A stretch of 64,000 bases of DNA from Candidatus Multivoradales bacterium (GTDB lineage: Bacteria > Acidobacteriota > Thermoanaerobaculia > Multivoradales > J023). The stretch's first letter is position 1, and the number at the start of each line of letters is the position of its first letter. The notes under the pieces are model-generated. The model did no database searches, was not told where the DNA came from, and saw nothing but the letters and a program-made list of their open reading frames with translations. Shown here piece after piece: positions 30,683 to 41,344 of the stretch. A program made the translations under genes and the position numbers. The stretch spans positions 1,152,001-1,216,000 of the forward strand of contig CBDFLE010000006.1 of the NCBI GenBank assembly GCA_965248925.1, read 5' to 3'.

Positions 30683-30794
30683 AGCTGGCCACGCCTGGTA
30701 TTGGAGAAGTGGCAGGCACACTCATCGGCGACTGCCTGGCTCGGGCTGTAGCTACCGGAAGACTGAGTGGAGCGGGTGAAGATCTGAGGACAGC

Positions 30795-30833
30795 AAAAAG
30801 CGCGTCCACCCCTAGTGGGAGAGACACGCTTTT
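30795..30833 (-). terminator. Rho-independent terminator of the r-protein operon (possibly bidirectional)
   Basis: Minus strand aaaagcgtgtc..gacgcgcttttt hairpin downstream of rpmE2. Confidence 0.7.
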
Positions 30834-30869
30834 GACGAACCACCGAATCGCTGAGCTTGATGCCTTGGC

Positions 30870-31121
30870 TCAGCCCTTTTTGCGTTCGCCGTACTTGAGG
30901 CGGAACTTCTCGATCCGACCCGCGGTGTCGACGAAGCGCTGCTTGCCGGTAAAGAAAGGGTGCGAGGCGGAGGAGATCTCAAGACGGATCACGTAGTGCT
31001 CGATCCCATCGATCTCGCGCACCTCTTCGCTGGTCAGGGTAGAGCGGGATATCCACTCCTTATCGACACCAGCATCGACATAGACCACCGGATTGTAGGT
31101 CGGATGAATTTCTTTCTTCAT
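30870..31121 (-). CDS. rpmE2: 50S ribosomal protein L31 type B
   Basis: [33 protein letters not shown]; no Cys. Confidence 0.97.
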   Translation of the reverse strand: MKKEIHPTYNPVVYVDAGVDKEWISRSTLTSEEVREIDGIEHYVIRLEISSASHPFFTGKQRFVDTAGRIEKFRLKYGERKKG

Positions 31122-31132
31122 CGTCCACTCCT

Positions 31133-31438
31133 CTACCAGCTGGCTTTGATCACGCCGGGCAGCTCGCCGCGCAAAGCGAGGTCGCGCAAGGCGATCCGCG
31201 ATAGAGCGAACTTGCGATAGTAGCCGCGCGGACGACCGGTCAACAGACAGCGATTGCGCACCCGCACCGGGCTCGAATTACGCGGCAGCTTCTGCAAGTT
31301 GATGAATGCGAGGTCGCGCTCCTCGTCCGGAGTCTTGGGATCTTTGATAATCGCCTTCAGATCGGCGCGCTTCGTCCGGTATTGGGCGACCAAACGCTTG
31401 CGGCGCTCATTCTTGGCGATCGAACTCTTCTTAGCCAT
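31133..31438 (-). CDS. rpsN: 30S ribosomal protein S14 (long, Zn-free form)
   Basis: [35 protein letters not shown]. Confidence 0.97.
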   Translation of the reverse strand: MAKKSSIAKNERRKRLVAQYRTKRADLKAIIKDPKTPDEERDLAFINLQKLPRNSSPVRVRNRCLLTGRPRGYYRKFALSRIALRDLALRGELPGVIKASW

Positions 31439-31474
31439 CTCGACTTCCTCATGAATCTGGTTGGCGGGCGGTGC

Positions 31475-31717
31475 TCAGCCGGTGACCTGCTTGAGAGTCA
31501 GCCCCTCGTCGCGAAGGAAACTCAGCAGGCCCTTCTTATTGATCGTCCGCAACGCCCGAGTCGAAACCTTCAGCCGCACCCAACGCCCGAGTTCAGGCAC
31601 GAAGATACGCTTCTTCTGGATATTCGGCCGCTGCAAACGCGGTGTGACGTTGTGAGCATGGGAGATGTTGTGGCCGGCGAGCGGCTTCACACCGGTAATC
31701 TGGCAAATTCTGGGCAT
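31475..31717 (-). CDS. rpmB: 50S ribosomal protein L28
   Basis: MPRICQITG..GHNISHAHN..PNIQKKR..LKVSTRALRTI; GAGGA RBS. Confidence 0.97.
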   Translation of the reverse strand: MPRICQITGVKPLAGHNISHAHNVTPRLQRPNIQKKRIFVPELGRWVRLKVSTRALRTINKKGLLSFLRDEGLTLKQVTG

Positions 31718-32115
31718 CGTCTCGATCCTCTTTGAGCGGCCACTGTTTTGAGGGACCGCTGCCATGGAAGACCCCACTGTGATGGGGGACCACTCTGCAG
31801 GGATCACCGCGCGGGGGCGAAAAAGCCCCCACCAAGCACAGGACCGGCTTGGAGCCGCCGATGGTAACCGCTGCATTGGCATTTGCCAAGTGCCCAACGC
31901 ACATTTTTTCGCCGATCGACCCAACAACCACAGCAAAACACCGCGCCCATTCCCCGTGCCACTTGCCCTACCCGGACCCGTCGAAGAGGATACCATTTGC
32001 TGGTTCGCCCAACTCGGCTTGCAAAAGCCAGCAATCCGACATTTTCCGGCGCCGCTTGTTTCGCACACCCGGCCGCGAGAAGTCGGCGATCAGACTCTCC
32101 GAGGAGCTTCCTAAG

Positions 32116-34548
32116 ATGTCTCAGCGCGACCCAATACCAGCCCGTAGCGACCACCCCAAAGACCGGGCCAAGCAATCGACGGAGTTAGATCGCCGCAGCT
32201 TCCTCAAATTCGTCGGCGCGGGAGCCACGGCGATGTTCGGGGCAGCCCACCTGGGCACTCTCGGCGGCTGCTCGACGGCAAATCCGAGAACCGCCGGCAC
32301 GCCTTGGGTAGGCGCCGACGGCCAGCCCAAGTGGCTGCCCCCGGCTTATCCGACGCCCCTACCCGGCGACCCAGGCGGCGATGACGCCCGCCGCTTGGCG
32401 CGCTATGTGGTGCGCGACGAGCTCTTATTGCCCGAGAGTTTCCGCTACGACGTCTTGGCCAGCTGGGGTGATGTCTTGGGTCCCGCCGACCAGCCGCAGC
32501 AGCAGATCATCTTCGGCAGCAACAACGACTACACCGGCCTGGTGGCGATCCCCGACCGACCACGGGAGTTCTGGATGATCGTGAACCACGAGTACGTCTC
32601 GCCGCGGCCCTGGCTCCAAGGCTATCGTCAGATTCGCGGTGGCGACTTACCACGGTTGTCAGTCCATGCTGATCCCAACCCGGCCTATGCTCGTTGGGGC
32701 CGGCTGCGGATTGGCGACTGGCTGGCCGATGGCGCCTCGGTGCGCCTGGCATCCGGAGCCTCGCAAGTCGAGATCCCGCAACGAGTCAGGCAGCAGATAG
32801 AGCAGATCAGCGAAGCTGGCCTGGCCGACATGGGGATCTCGATCTTGCACGTAAGAAGGCTCGCCGATGGCAGGTTCGAGGTGGTCCGCGACGCTCCCGA
32901 CCACCGCCGCATTACCGGCAATGGCCGCTCCAACATCGATCTAGCCGACCCCTTCGGACTTACCGGCCCCGCCGCCGCGCTGCTCGATGGACCGCCACCA
33001 GGAACCATCTCCAACTGCTCCGGCGGCACCACCCCCTGGGGCACCTTCCTGACCTGTGAAGAGAATATCCAGTACTACGTCGACGCCGAAGTCACCGCCG
33101 ACGGCCAGCTTCTGCCAGAGCGGCGCATGACCTTCGCTGGCTATGGTGAGTCGAGCAAGGGTCTGCTGGTGACCGAAGTCGCCGAACCGGTCAGTCTCAA
33201 CGGCTTCGGCCATGGCTGCAAGGAACCCCTCGACGGCCGCCTCTATGGCTGGGTGTGCGAGATCGACCCCGCCACTGGGGGAATGAACAAGCACACCGCT
33301 CTGGGCCGGGTGCGGCACGAGAACGTCGCCCTGCGTTGCCAACCAGGCGAACGGCTGGCGGCCTACATGGGTGACGACCGCCGGGGCGGTCACATCTGGA
33401 AATTCGTCTCCGACCAGGTGGTGGTCGACCCCACCGACCCGGCCAACAGTCAGTTGCTCGAGCACGGCACCCTTTATGTGGCACGCTTCGAGGCCGACTA
33501 CTCCGGGCGCTGGATCGCCCTTGAAGCCACCACCCCCTTGGCCGTCCCGCAACCCGAGCAGTGCGCGACAGGATTCATGAAGCTACCCGCGCGCCCCGGC
33601 GGTGGCTACGTGACGGTGGGCGACACTGCCCGCGAACGCACCACCCTGGAGGTAGCCGATTGGCTGGAGACGATCGAGCAGTTCACCAGCAAGCCCTACG
33701 CCGCGTGCACTTTGGGCGACTTGGTCAAGCCACAGGCTAACCACAGCGAGGAAAGTTCGCGACTTGAGCAGGGCATTCTCCTCTTGGACGCTTTCGCCAT
33801 GGCCAACGCCATCGGCGGCACGCCAACCGCGCGACCGGAGGACCTTGAAGTTCACCCCAACGACTCTAGCGTTTTCATTGCCTTCACCGACGCCACCGAT
33901 GGCGGCGACGGTTCGCCTGATGGCCGCGTCTTCCCCGATTCAGCGGGCCAGAACTCGCGCCAGTACGGAGCAATTTTCCGCCTCGAAGAAGAGGGCTCAG
34001 ATCCGCTGGCCGAGCGCTTCGCCTGGGGCCGCTTCATCGCCTCGGGTGAGGTCGCCGAGCAAGGAGGCGGCTTCGCCAACGCTGACAACCTGGTCTTTGA
34101 CCGAGCCGGCAACCTGTGGATGGTGACCGACATCTCGACCACCGCGCTGAACATTCCCACCAGTCGCGAGGACGACGACCGCACCCTCCCTGGCGCCAAA
34201 CTCTTCCCTGGCGTATTCGGCAACAACGCCATGTTCATGCTGCCCACCGCCGGCCCGGCCACCGGTATGCCCCACTGTTTCGCCATCGGACCGATGGACT
34301 GCGAACTCTGCGGCCCGACCTTCACTGAAGACGGCGAGGCCCTGATCCTGTCGGTCCAACACCCCGGCGAACAAAAAGGCATCCGTACCGCCGACCGGGC
34401 CGACCAAGAACACCAACACACCATCCACGACCGCGCCGACCAACCCTTCAAGCAACAGCGCAGGGTGCCGATCGGCAGCAACTTCCCCAGTGGAAAAATT
34501 GGCCGGCCGGCACGCTCCTCGGTGGTCTGCATCACCCGCCGTGGGTAG
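32116..34548 (+). CDS. phoX: PhoX-family alkaline phosphatase (Tat lipoprotein)
   Basis: DRRSFLK twin-Arg, LGGC lipobox; VNHEY, NCSGGTTPWGTFLTCEEN, GRVRHE, RPED, SVQHPG. Confidence 0.92.
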   Translation: MSQRDPIPARSDHPKDRAKQSTELDRRSFLKFVGAGATAMFGAAHLGTLGGCSTANPRTAGTPWVGADGQPKWLPPAYPTPLPGDPGGDDARRLARYVVRDELLLPESFRYDVLASWGDVLGPADQPQQQIIFGSNNDYTGLVAIPDRPREFWMIVNHEYVSPRPWLQGYRQIRGGDLPRLSVHADPNPAYARWGRLRIGDWLADGASVRLASGASQVEIPQRVRQQIEQISEAGLADMGISILHVRRLADGRFEVVRDAPDHRRITGNGRSNIDLADPFGLTGPAAALLDGPPPGTISNCSGGTTPWGTFLTCEENIQYYVDAEVTADGQLLPERRMTFAGYGESSKGLLVTEVAEPVSLNGFGHGCKEPLDGRLYGWVCEIDPATGGMNKHTALGRVRHENVALRCQPGERLAAYMGDDRRGGHIWKFVSDQVVVDPTDPANSQLLEHGTLYVARFEADYSGRWIALEATTPLAVPQPEQCATGFMKLPARPGGGYVTVGDTARERTTLEVADWLETIEQFTSKPYAACTLGDLVKPQANHSEESSRLEQGILLLDAFAMANAIGGTPTARPEDLEVHPNDSSVFIAFTDATDGGDGSPDGRVFPDSAGQNSRQYGAIFRLEEEGSDPLAERFAWGRFIASGEVAEQGGGFANADNLVFDRAGNLWMVTDISTTALNIPTSREDDDRTLPGAKLFPGVFGNNAMFMLPTAGPATGMPHCFAIGPMDCELCGPTFTEDGEALILSVQHPGEQKGIRTADRADQEHQHTIHDRADQPFKQQRRVPIGSNFPSGKIGRPARSSVVCITRRG

Positions 34549-34556
34549 TCCCGCGA

Positions 34557-34913
34557 TCAGTCAAACTCCTCCCCCGACCAGCGGTAGCGCCGCAAATCGA
34601 CCCGGCCACGGCTATCGAATTCCAACCCCTCGTCACGCAGCATCATCTCTTGCAGGGGTTCAGGGCCGGGCTCTGAGCGGGCCGAGACCTCGCCCCGAGC
34701 ATTGATCACCCGATGCCACGGCACCGACGGGTCTTTCAAAGCGTGCAAGGCATAGCCAACTTGCCGCGCGTGCCCCGGCAGTCCGGCCAGCGCCGCCACC
34801 TGGCCATAGGTCGCTACCTGGCCAGAGGGCACCTGCCGAACCACGGCATAGATCCGCTGCCAGCGGGAGACACGCTCGCCCTTGTCGCGGGCAGAAGAGC
34901 TGGGGCTGGTCAA
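34557..34913 (-). CDS. Alkyltransferase-like protein (ATL/YbaZ, MGMT family)
   Basis: ATYGQVA, ARQVGYAL, PWHRV (Trp replaces the catalytic Cys). Confidence 0.9.
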   Translation of the reverse strand: MTSPSSSARDKGERVSRWQRIYAVVRQVPSGQVATYGQVAALAGLPGHARQVGYALHALKDPSVPWHRVINARGEVSARSEPGPEPLQEMMLRDEGLEFDSRGRVDLRRYRWSGEEFD

Positions 34914-35028
34914 GACTTTCCTCCTTCAAGCTGGAAATATCGTCCGATTCTAGTCCGTGATCGCGGGGGGCTTCTCAGCTTCTCGGTGGCCTGCAACAAT
35001 CGGCTCTCCACCAACTCCCGAGGTGCCC

Positions 35029-35868
35029 TTGTCCAAAGTCTTCGCGATCAGCGATCTTCATATCGGCAATCGAGCCAACTACGAGGCTGTCGCCGAACTG
35101 CCAAGATTTGCGGACGACTGGCTGATCATCGCTGGAGATGTCGGCGAAACCCCCTCCCACCTGCGGCGTGCATTGGATCTGCTCGGCGAGCGCTTCGCCC
35201 GGCTGATCTGGGTTCCGGGTAACCACGATCTGTGGACTCTGCCACGGGATCCTAGCCAGAGCCGCGGTGAACAGCGCTATCTCGAGCTGGTGGAGATCTG
35301 CCGGCGGCGCGGCGTGCTGACGCCGGAAGACGAGTTTCCAGTGTGGCGCGGCGAGGACAGCCAAGAGGTGTTGATCGCTCCTCTCTTCGTACTCTACGAC
35401 TACAGCTTCCGACCCAACGATATCGCCGCCGACCGGGTCTTAGAATGGTCGATGGAACACGACATTCTGTGCGCCGACGAAGCCCTGCTGCACCCCGACC
35501 CCTACCCCAGCCGGCAGGCCTGGTGCGACGCCCGAGTGGCATTGAGCGAACAGCGACTGGCCAGTCAGCTGCGTGGCCGCCCGGTGGTGCTGGTCAACCA
35601 CTTCCCGCTGCGCCACGATTTGGTGCGGCTACGCTTAATCCCCCGCTTCTCGCCGTGGTGTGGAACCCGCCAGACCGAGGACTGGCACCGCCGATTCGGG
35701 GCTGTCTCCGTGGTCTACGGGCACCTGCATGTGCGCAGCTCACGACTGATTGACGGGGTGCGCTTCGATGAAGTCTCGTTGGGCTATCCCCGCGACTGGC
35801 GGCGCGAACGCGGGCTGGCCAGCTACCTACGGCAGATCCTGCCACTCTCAGTGGCAGAACTGCCGTGA
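35029..35868 (+). CDS. Calcineurin-like metallophosphoesterase
   Basis: SDLH, AGD, PGNHDLW, YGHLH. Confidence 0.92.
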   Translation: MSKVFAISDLHIGNRANYEAVAELPRFADDWLIIAGDVGETPSHLRRALDLLGERFARLIWVPGNHDLWTLPRDPSQSRGEQRYLELVEICRRRGVLTPEDEFPVWRGEDSQEVLIAPLFVLYDYSFRPNDIAADRVLEWSMEHDILCADEALLHPDPYPSRQAWCDARVALSEQRLASQLRGRPVVLVNHFPLRHDLVRLRLIPRFSPWCGTRQTEDWHRRFGAVSVVYGHLHVRSSRLIDGVRFDEVSLGYPRDWRRERGLASYLRQILPLSVAELP

Positions 35869-36003
35869 ACCGCGATCTTCGCCGATTGACCACCGCCCCC
35901 CACAGCCCATGCCCTTTGCGGTACTCTGCCGCCGTCAAATGCTACGCCCCACCGGCCACCTCCTTCGGGGTGTGCCCCAAGCCAGCCAAGAGGAGTCCTG
36001 ACG

Positions 36004-37686
<1,683 letters not shown>

Positions 37687-37789
37687 GGGTTGGTCGGCCG
37701 CGCAGCTTTTGCTCTGGCCTGTTAGGCTGCCCTCGTCTGCCCCTCACTGCTTCGCGTAAGCAAAGCTGGCGATCTCGCCGCAAGGCGGT

Positions 37790-39934
37790 GTGCCGCCAAA
37801 GACCCTGGTGAACTCTAGCGCTGCACAAACCCCCACCTTGGACGCCCCGATGGGCGCCACGGTGGGCGCCAGGTTCGCCGAGCCTGGCGTCCGGTGGCGG
37901 CTGGCCTGGCAGCGAATTCCCGACCTGCTGTGCTGGCCATTCGCCGGCTGGACGATTCTCTGCCACCTGACCGTACTCACCGGTGGCGGCTTGCGGTCTC
38001 TGCTGTGGAACACCGCGGTAGTGGTCGTCGGTCTGGTTCTTCTCGGAGCCGTCAGAGCGCGGCAGGGACGCTCGCTGGGACTGGGTAAGCCGCTCTTGGA
38101 TTTGCCCTTCGAGCCGCCTGTAAATCGCTCCGCCAGCAGCTCCCGATCGCCCTGGTTGGGACGCAGCGCCCTTGCCGCTCTGGCCAGCGCCGCGATCGTC
38201 GCTCTAAGTCCTCTCTCCTGGCTGTGGTGTTGGTGGCTGGTGGTGCTTTTCCTCGCCTTGGCACTGGTGCGCGAGGAGCTTGGCGCCACCGAGCTTGCCA
38301 GCCAACCACCCAGCGCGAGGCATCCCACAGCGCGGCACGACGCCATCGTCTGGTTGCTGGTGGTACTCGCCATCGCCACCGCCTTGGGTCTGCAACGGCC
38401 CGACCTGGACGACACTTTCTATCTCAATCTGTCGGTCGCCGCCGCCCAGCAACCCGATCAACCGCTGCTGTGCTGCGACTCGCTGCACGGTGAGCCCGGG
38501 GTAGAGATCAACTTCCCTAGCCAGCGGCTGCGCACTCTCGAGCTGCTCGGCGGCGCCCTCGCCTGGCTGACCGGCGTGGCGCCGATCTACTGGAGCCATT
38601 TTCTTTTCCCGGTGATTGGCGCGCTGCTGCTGGTGACCGCCTACGGCCGACTCTTGCTGCGCCTGGTCGGTGATCGCTGGTTGGCTTGCCTGGTCACCGT
38701 GCTGGTCATCTTGGCGACTACCGGCGGGCCTTACGCCTGGTACGGCAACATGGCCTTCGTCCGCCTGCATCAGGGCAAGGCGATCTTCGCCACTGCCTTG
38801 GTGCCGCTGCTCCTGGTTTACGCCATTGAGCTCGCCCGCTGCCCATCGCGGCGGCGCTGGTGGAGTCTGGGGATGGCCAATGTCACCGCCATTGGCCTGA
38901 CCCCATCCGCATTGTGGATCGCGCCAGCGGTTTCGGCGCTGGCCTTGGTCGCCGCCGCTCCCCGCAGCCGGCGCGGCCTGGCGGGAATTGGTTGGGGTCT
39001 GCTGGCCACCGCCTATGCCTGGGGAGTGGCGCTAGTCCTTCGCCAGCAGATGCACCAAGTTCTCGACGCCAGTGTCGTCGGGGTGGACTCGATGGGCCTG
39101 CTGCAACGATCGGCGGACTACGTGCTGGGGCAGGGCGACATGCGCTCGATCGGCCTGGCAGCGGTGCTGTTCAGCGGCTGGTTGTGCCGGCCAGGGCCCT
39201 TGCGCCGCTTCTGCCTGAGCATCGCGCTCGGTTTCACCGTGGTGCTCTTCAACCCCTATCTGGCGCGCTGGTTGGCCGGCACCGGCACCAGTGCCTTCAC
39301 CTATTGGCGAGTCTTCTGGGTCTTGCCCCTGCCTTTGCTGCTAGCCCTCTGTTTGACCGCCCCCCTGGGCTGGTGGGGGGAAGGGTGGCCGGCGCGGAGA
39401 CGCTGGCAAACCAGCCTATGGATTGGCGCCGCGTTCTTGCTGTTGGTACCCCGGTGGACCTGGCAGCAGCAGCGCACTCGGTTCACCCTGCCCGGGCTGC
39501 GAGTGCCCCCGGTCTACGCTCTTGCCAAGGAGATGGCGGCGGTTAGCCCCCCTGGGAGCCATGTGCTGGCCCCTTTCGAAATCTCTGCTTGGCTACCGAC
39601 ATTTCTCGACCACCCCTACCCGTTGGTCACTCGCCCAAGCTATCTCTCGGCGGTTTTTGCAGCCAAGGAACGGCGCCAGCGGAACTGGCTCACGGCGCTG
39701 GTCACCAGGCCACCAGGCGACAACCGTCTACGGCTGCGATTGTTCGAGGAGGCCATCGAACACTATGACTTGCAAGCGATCGCAGTCCGCACCAACCTGC
39801 CCCACTTGAAGAGCCTTGAAGCCATCATGCGGCAGCGGGGGTTCGTGATTTTCAGCCGTTGGGAATCTACCGATCTGTGGCTGCCTCGTCTGCATGCGCA
39901 CGAGATTCGCGTCGCGCGCCAGCACGGCCGCTAG
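37790..39934 (+). CDS. Polytopic membrane protein (DUF6077 / GT-C-like)
   Basis: Many TM segments; PDLDDTFYL and RLHQGKA motifs; start codon uncertain. Confidence 0.65.
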   Translation: MPPKTLVNSSAAQTPTLDAPMGATVGARFAEPGVRWRLAWQRIPDLLCWPFAGWTILCHLTVLTGGGLRSLLWNTAVVVVGLVLLGAVRARQGRSLGLGKPLLDLPFEPPVNRSASSSRSPWLGRSALAALASAAIVALSPLSWLWCWWLVVLFLALALVREELGATELASQPPSARHPTARHDAIVWLLVVLAIATALGLQRPDLDDTFYLNLSVAAAQQPDQPLLCCDSLHGEPGVEINFPSQRLRTLELLGGALAWLTGVAPIYWSHFLFPVIGALLLVTAYGRLLLRLVGDRWLACLVTVLVILATTGGPYAWYGNMAFVRLHQGKAIFATALVPLLLVYAIELARCPSRRRWWSLGMANVTAIGLTPSALWIAPAVSALALVAAAPRSRRGLAGIGWGLLATAYAWGVALVLRQQMHQVLDASVVGVDSMGLLQRSADYVLGQGDMRSIGLAAVLFSGWLCRPGPLRRFCLSIALGFTVVLFNPYLARWLAGTGTSAFTYWRVFWVLPLPLLLALCLTAPLGWWGEGWPARRRWQTSLWIGAAFLLLVPRWTWQQQRTRFTLPGLRVPPVYALAKEMAAVSPPGSHVLAPFEISAWLPTFLDHPYPLVTRPSYLSAVFAAKERRQRNWLTALVTRPPGDNRLRLRLFEEAIEHYDLQAIAVRTNLPHLKSLEAIMRQRGFVIFSRWESTDLWLPRLHAHEIRVARQHGR

Positions 39935-39966
39935 CTGCCGGACTCGGCCACGCCGCGGACTCTCGA

Positions 39967-41112
39967 TCAGACCAGTTCGGAGATGTATTTCTCGCGCGCC
40001 AAACGCCAAACACTGACGAAGAACGCGGTCAGCGGAATCGCCAGCACCATTCCCAGAATGCCCGACAGCGCCGAGCCCCAAAAGAAGATAGCGATGATGA
40101 TCACCATCGGATGTAGACCGGTCTGTTCGCCCATGATCTTTGGCGTTAGCAAGTAGCCCTCGATCATCTGCACGATGGTGAAGACCACCATCACCCAAAG
40201 CACGGTCTTCAAACCGCCGCCTTCCTGGAATAGGGCCAAAGGCAACGCCACTCCGAGACCGACCAGGCTACCCAGATAAGGAATGATGTTGAGAAAGCCC
40301 AGCACCAAGCCGAGGATCAGGCCCCAGCGCAAGCCGACAATGCTGAAGCCGATGGCAAAAAGTACTCCCTGAACGAGCGCGATCAGCAGCTGGCCGCGAA
40401 AAAAGGCGACCACGATCTCGACAAACTCATGCACCAGATAATGCACATCCCGACGGGTCTCGGGCTTGAAGAAAGGCAGCGCCCAATCCGACCAGCCTTC
40501 GACCCGCCGCGGCTCGATCAACAGAAAGAAGGCGACGTAGACCGGCAGCACAACCCAGCCCACCAGCGCTCCCACCACCCCGCCTACCGCGCCGAACAGC
40601 CGAGCGAGAGCCGACAATCCCACATCTCCAATCTGCCGCAAGCCCCCCAACAAGCGGTCGGCACCATCCTTCACTGCCCCTTCGACCTCCAGCTTATGCT
40701 TCGACCACCACGCCTCGATGGTCGGTAGATGTTCCTCGACCAGCTCCGAGACATCCTCCTCGATACCGGCCCAGATGCCCGGCAGGCTGGCCGCTAGATC
40801 GGAAACTTGATCGACAATCCGATCACCGAGAAACCACATCAAGCCGGCGAGCGGTAGGAGCAGGGCGACAAAGAGCGCCAGCAGCGCCAGCGGCGGATGC
40901 CGCAAATAGCGCAAGATCCAGGAAAAATAGGGCTTCAAGATCAACGCCACTACTCCCGCCACGGCCAGGGGCAGGAAGACGTTCGAGAAACGGCCGAGGA
41001 AGTTCCCCACCCCCCACAGCAGCAGGGCCACGGCAGCGAGCAGAATAGTCGCCGCCAGCACGGTTGCCGCAGCGGCGATGGTGGTCTTTTGGCGTTTGCT
41101 AAGGTCGATCAT
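39967..41112 (-). CDS. AI-2E family transporter
   Basis: FFRGQ, NIIPYLG, QMIEGYLLTPKIMG..LHP..G.LAIP. Confidence 0.92.
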   Translation of the reverse strand: MIDLSKRQKTTIAAAATVLAATILLAAVALLLWGVGNFLGRFSNVFLPLAVAGVVALILKPYFSWILRYLRHPPLALLALFVALLLPLAGLMWFLGDRIVDQVSDLAASLPGIWAGIEEDVSELVEEHLPTIEAWWSKHKLEVEGAVKDGADRLLGGLRQIGDVGLSALARLFGAVGGVVGALVGWVVLPVYVAFFLLIEPRRVEGWSDWALPFFKPETRRDVHYLVHEFVEIVVAFFRGQLLIALVQGVLFAIGFSIVGLRWGLILGLVLGFLNIIPYLGSLVGLGVALPLALFQEGGGLKTVLWVMVVFTIVQMIEGYLLTPKIMGEQTGLHPMVIIIAIFFWGSALSGILGMVLAIPLTAFFVSVWRLAREKYISELV

Positions 41113-41344
41113 GGCGCGGTGGACCACCTGTTCTTAGAATTCAGTAGCAAACCGTTCTCAGTACTAGCCGTAACTCCTTGGAGAGGACCGGCAGTGCTTC
41201 CGCGGAGACATCTTCACGGCGATGTCTTCATTACGGCCCTGGCATAGAATCTGTTCGGTCGATCAAATTCTAACATGCACCAGATCAAGAGCTGCCCATC
41301 GTCAACCCCTCGTCCAGCTCGATCTATTGAGGAACTCATAGCCC

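Noticed and set aside
31872-31889. Sigma-54 promoter on the minus strand upstream of rpmB
   Set aside because: GG-to-GC spacing is 11 nt
31718-32115. N-terminal extensions of rpmB (to 32068) and phoX (from 31849)
   Set aside because: True starts with RBS lie at 31717 and 32116; the extensions overlap divergent promoter DNA
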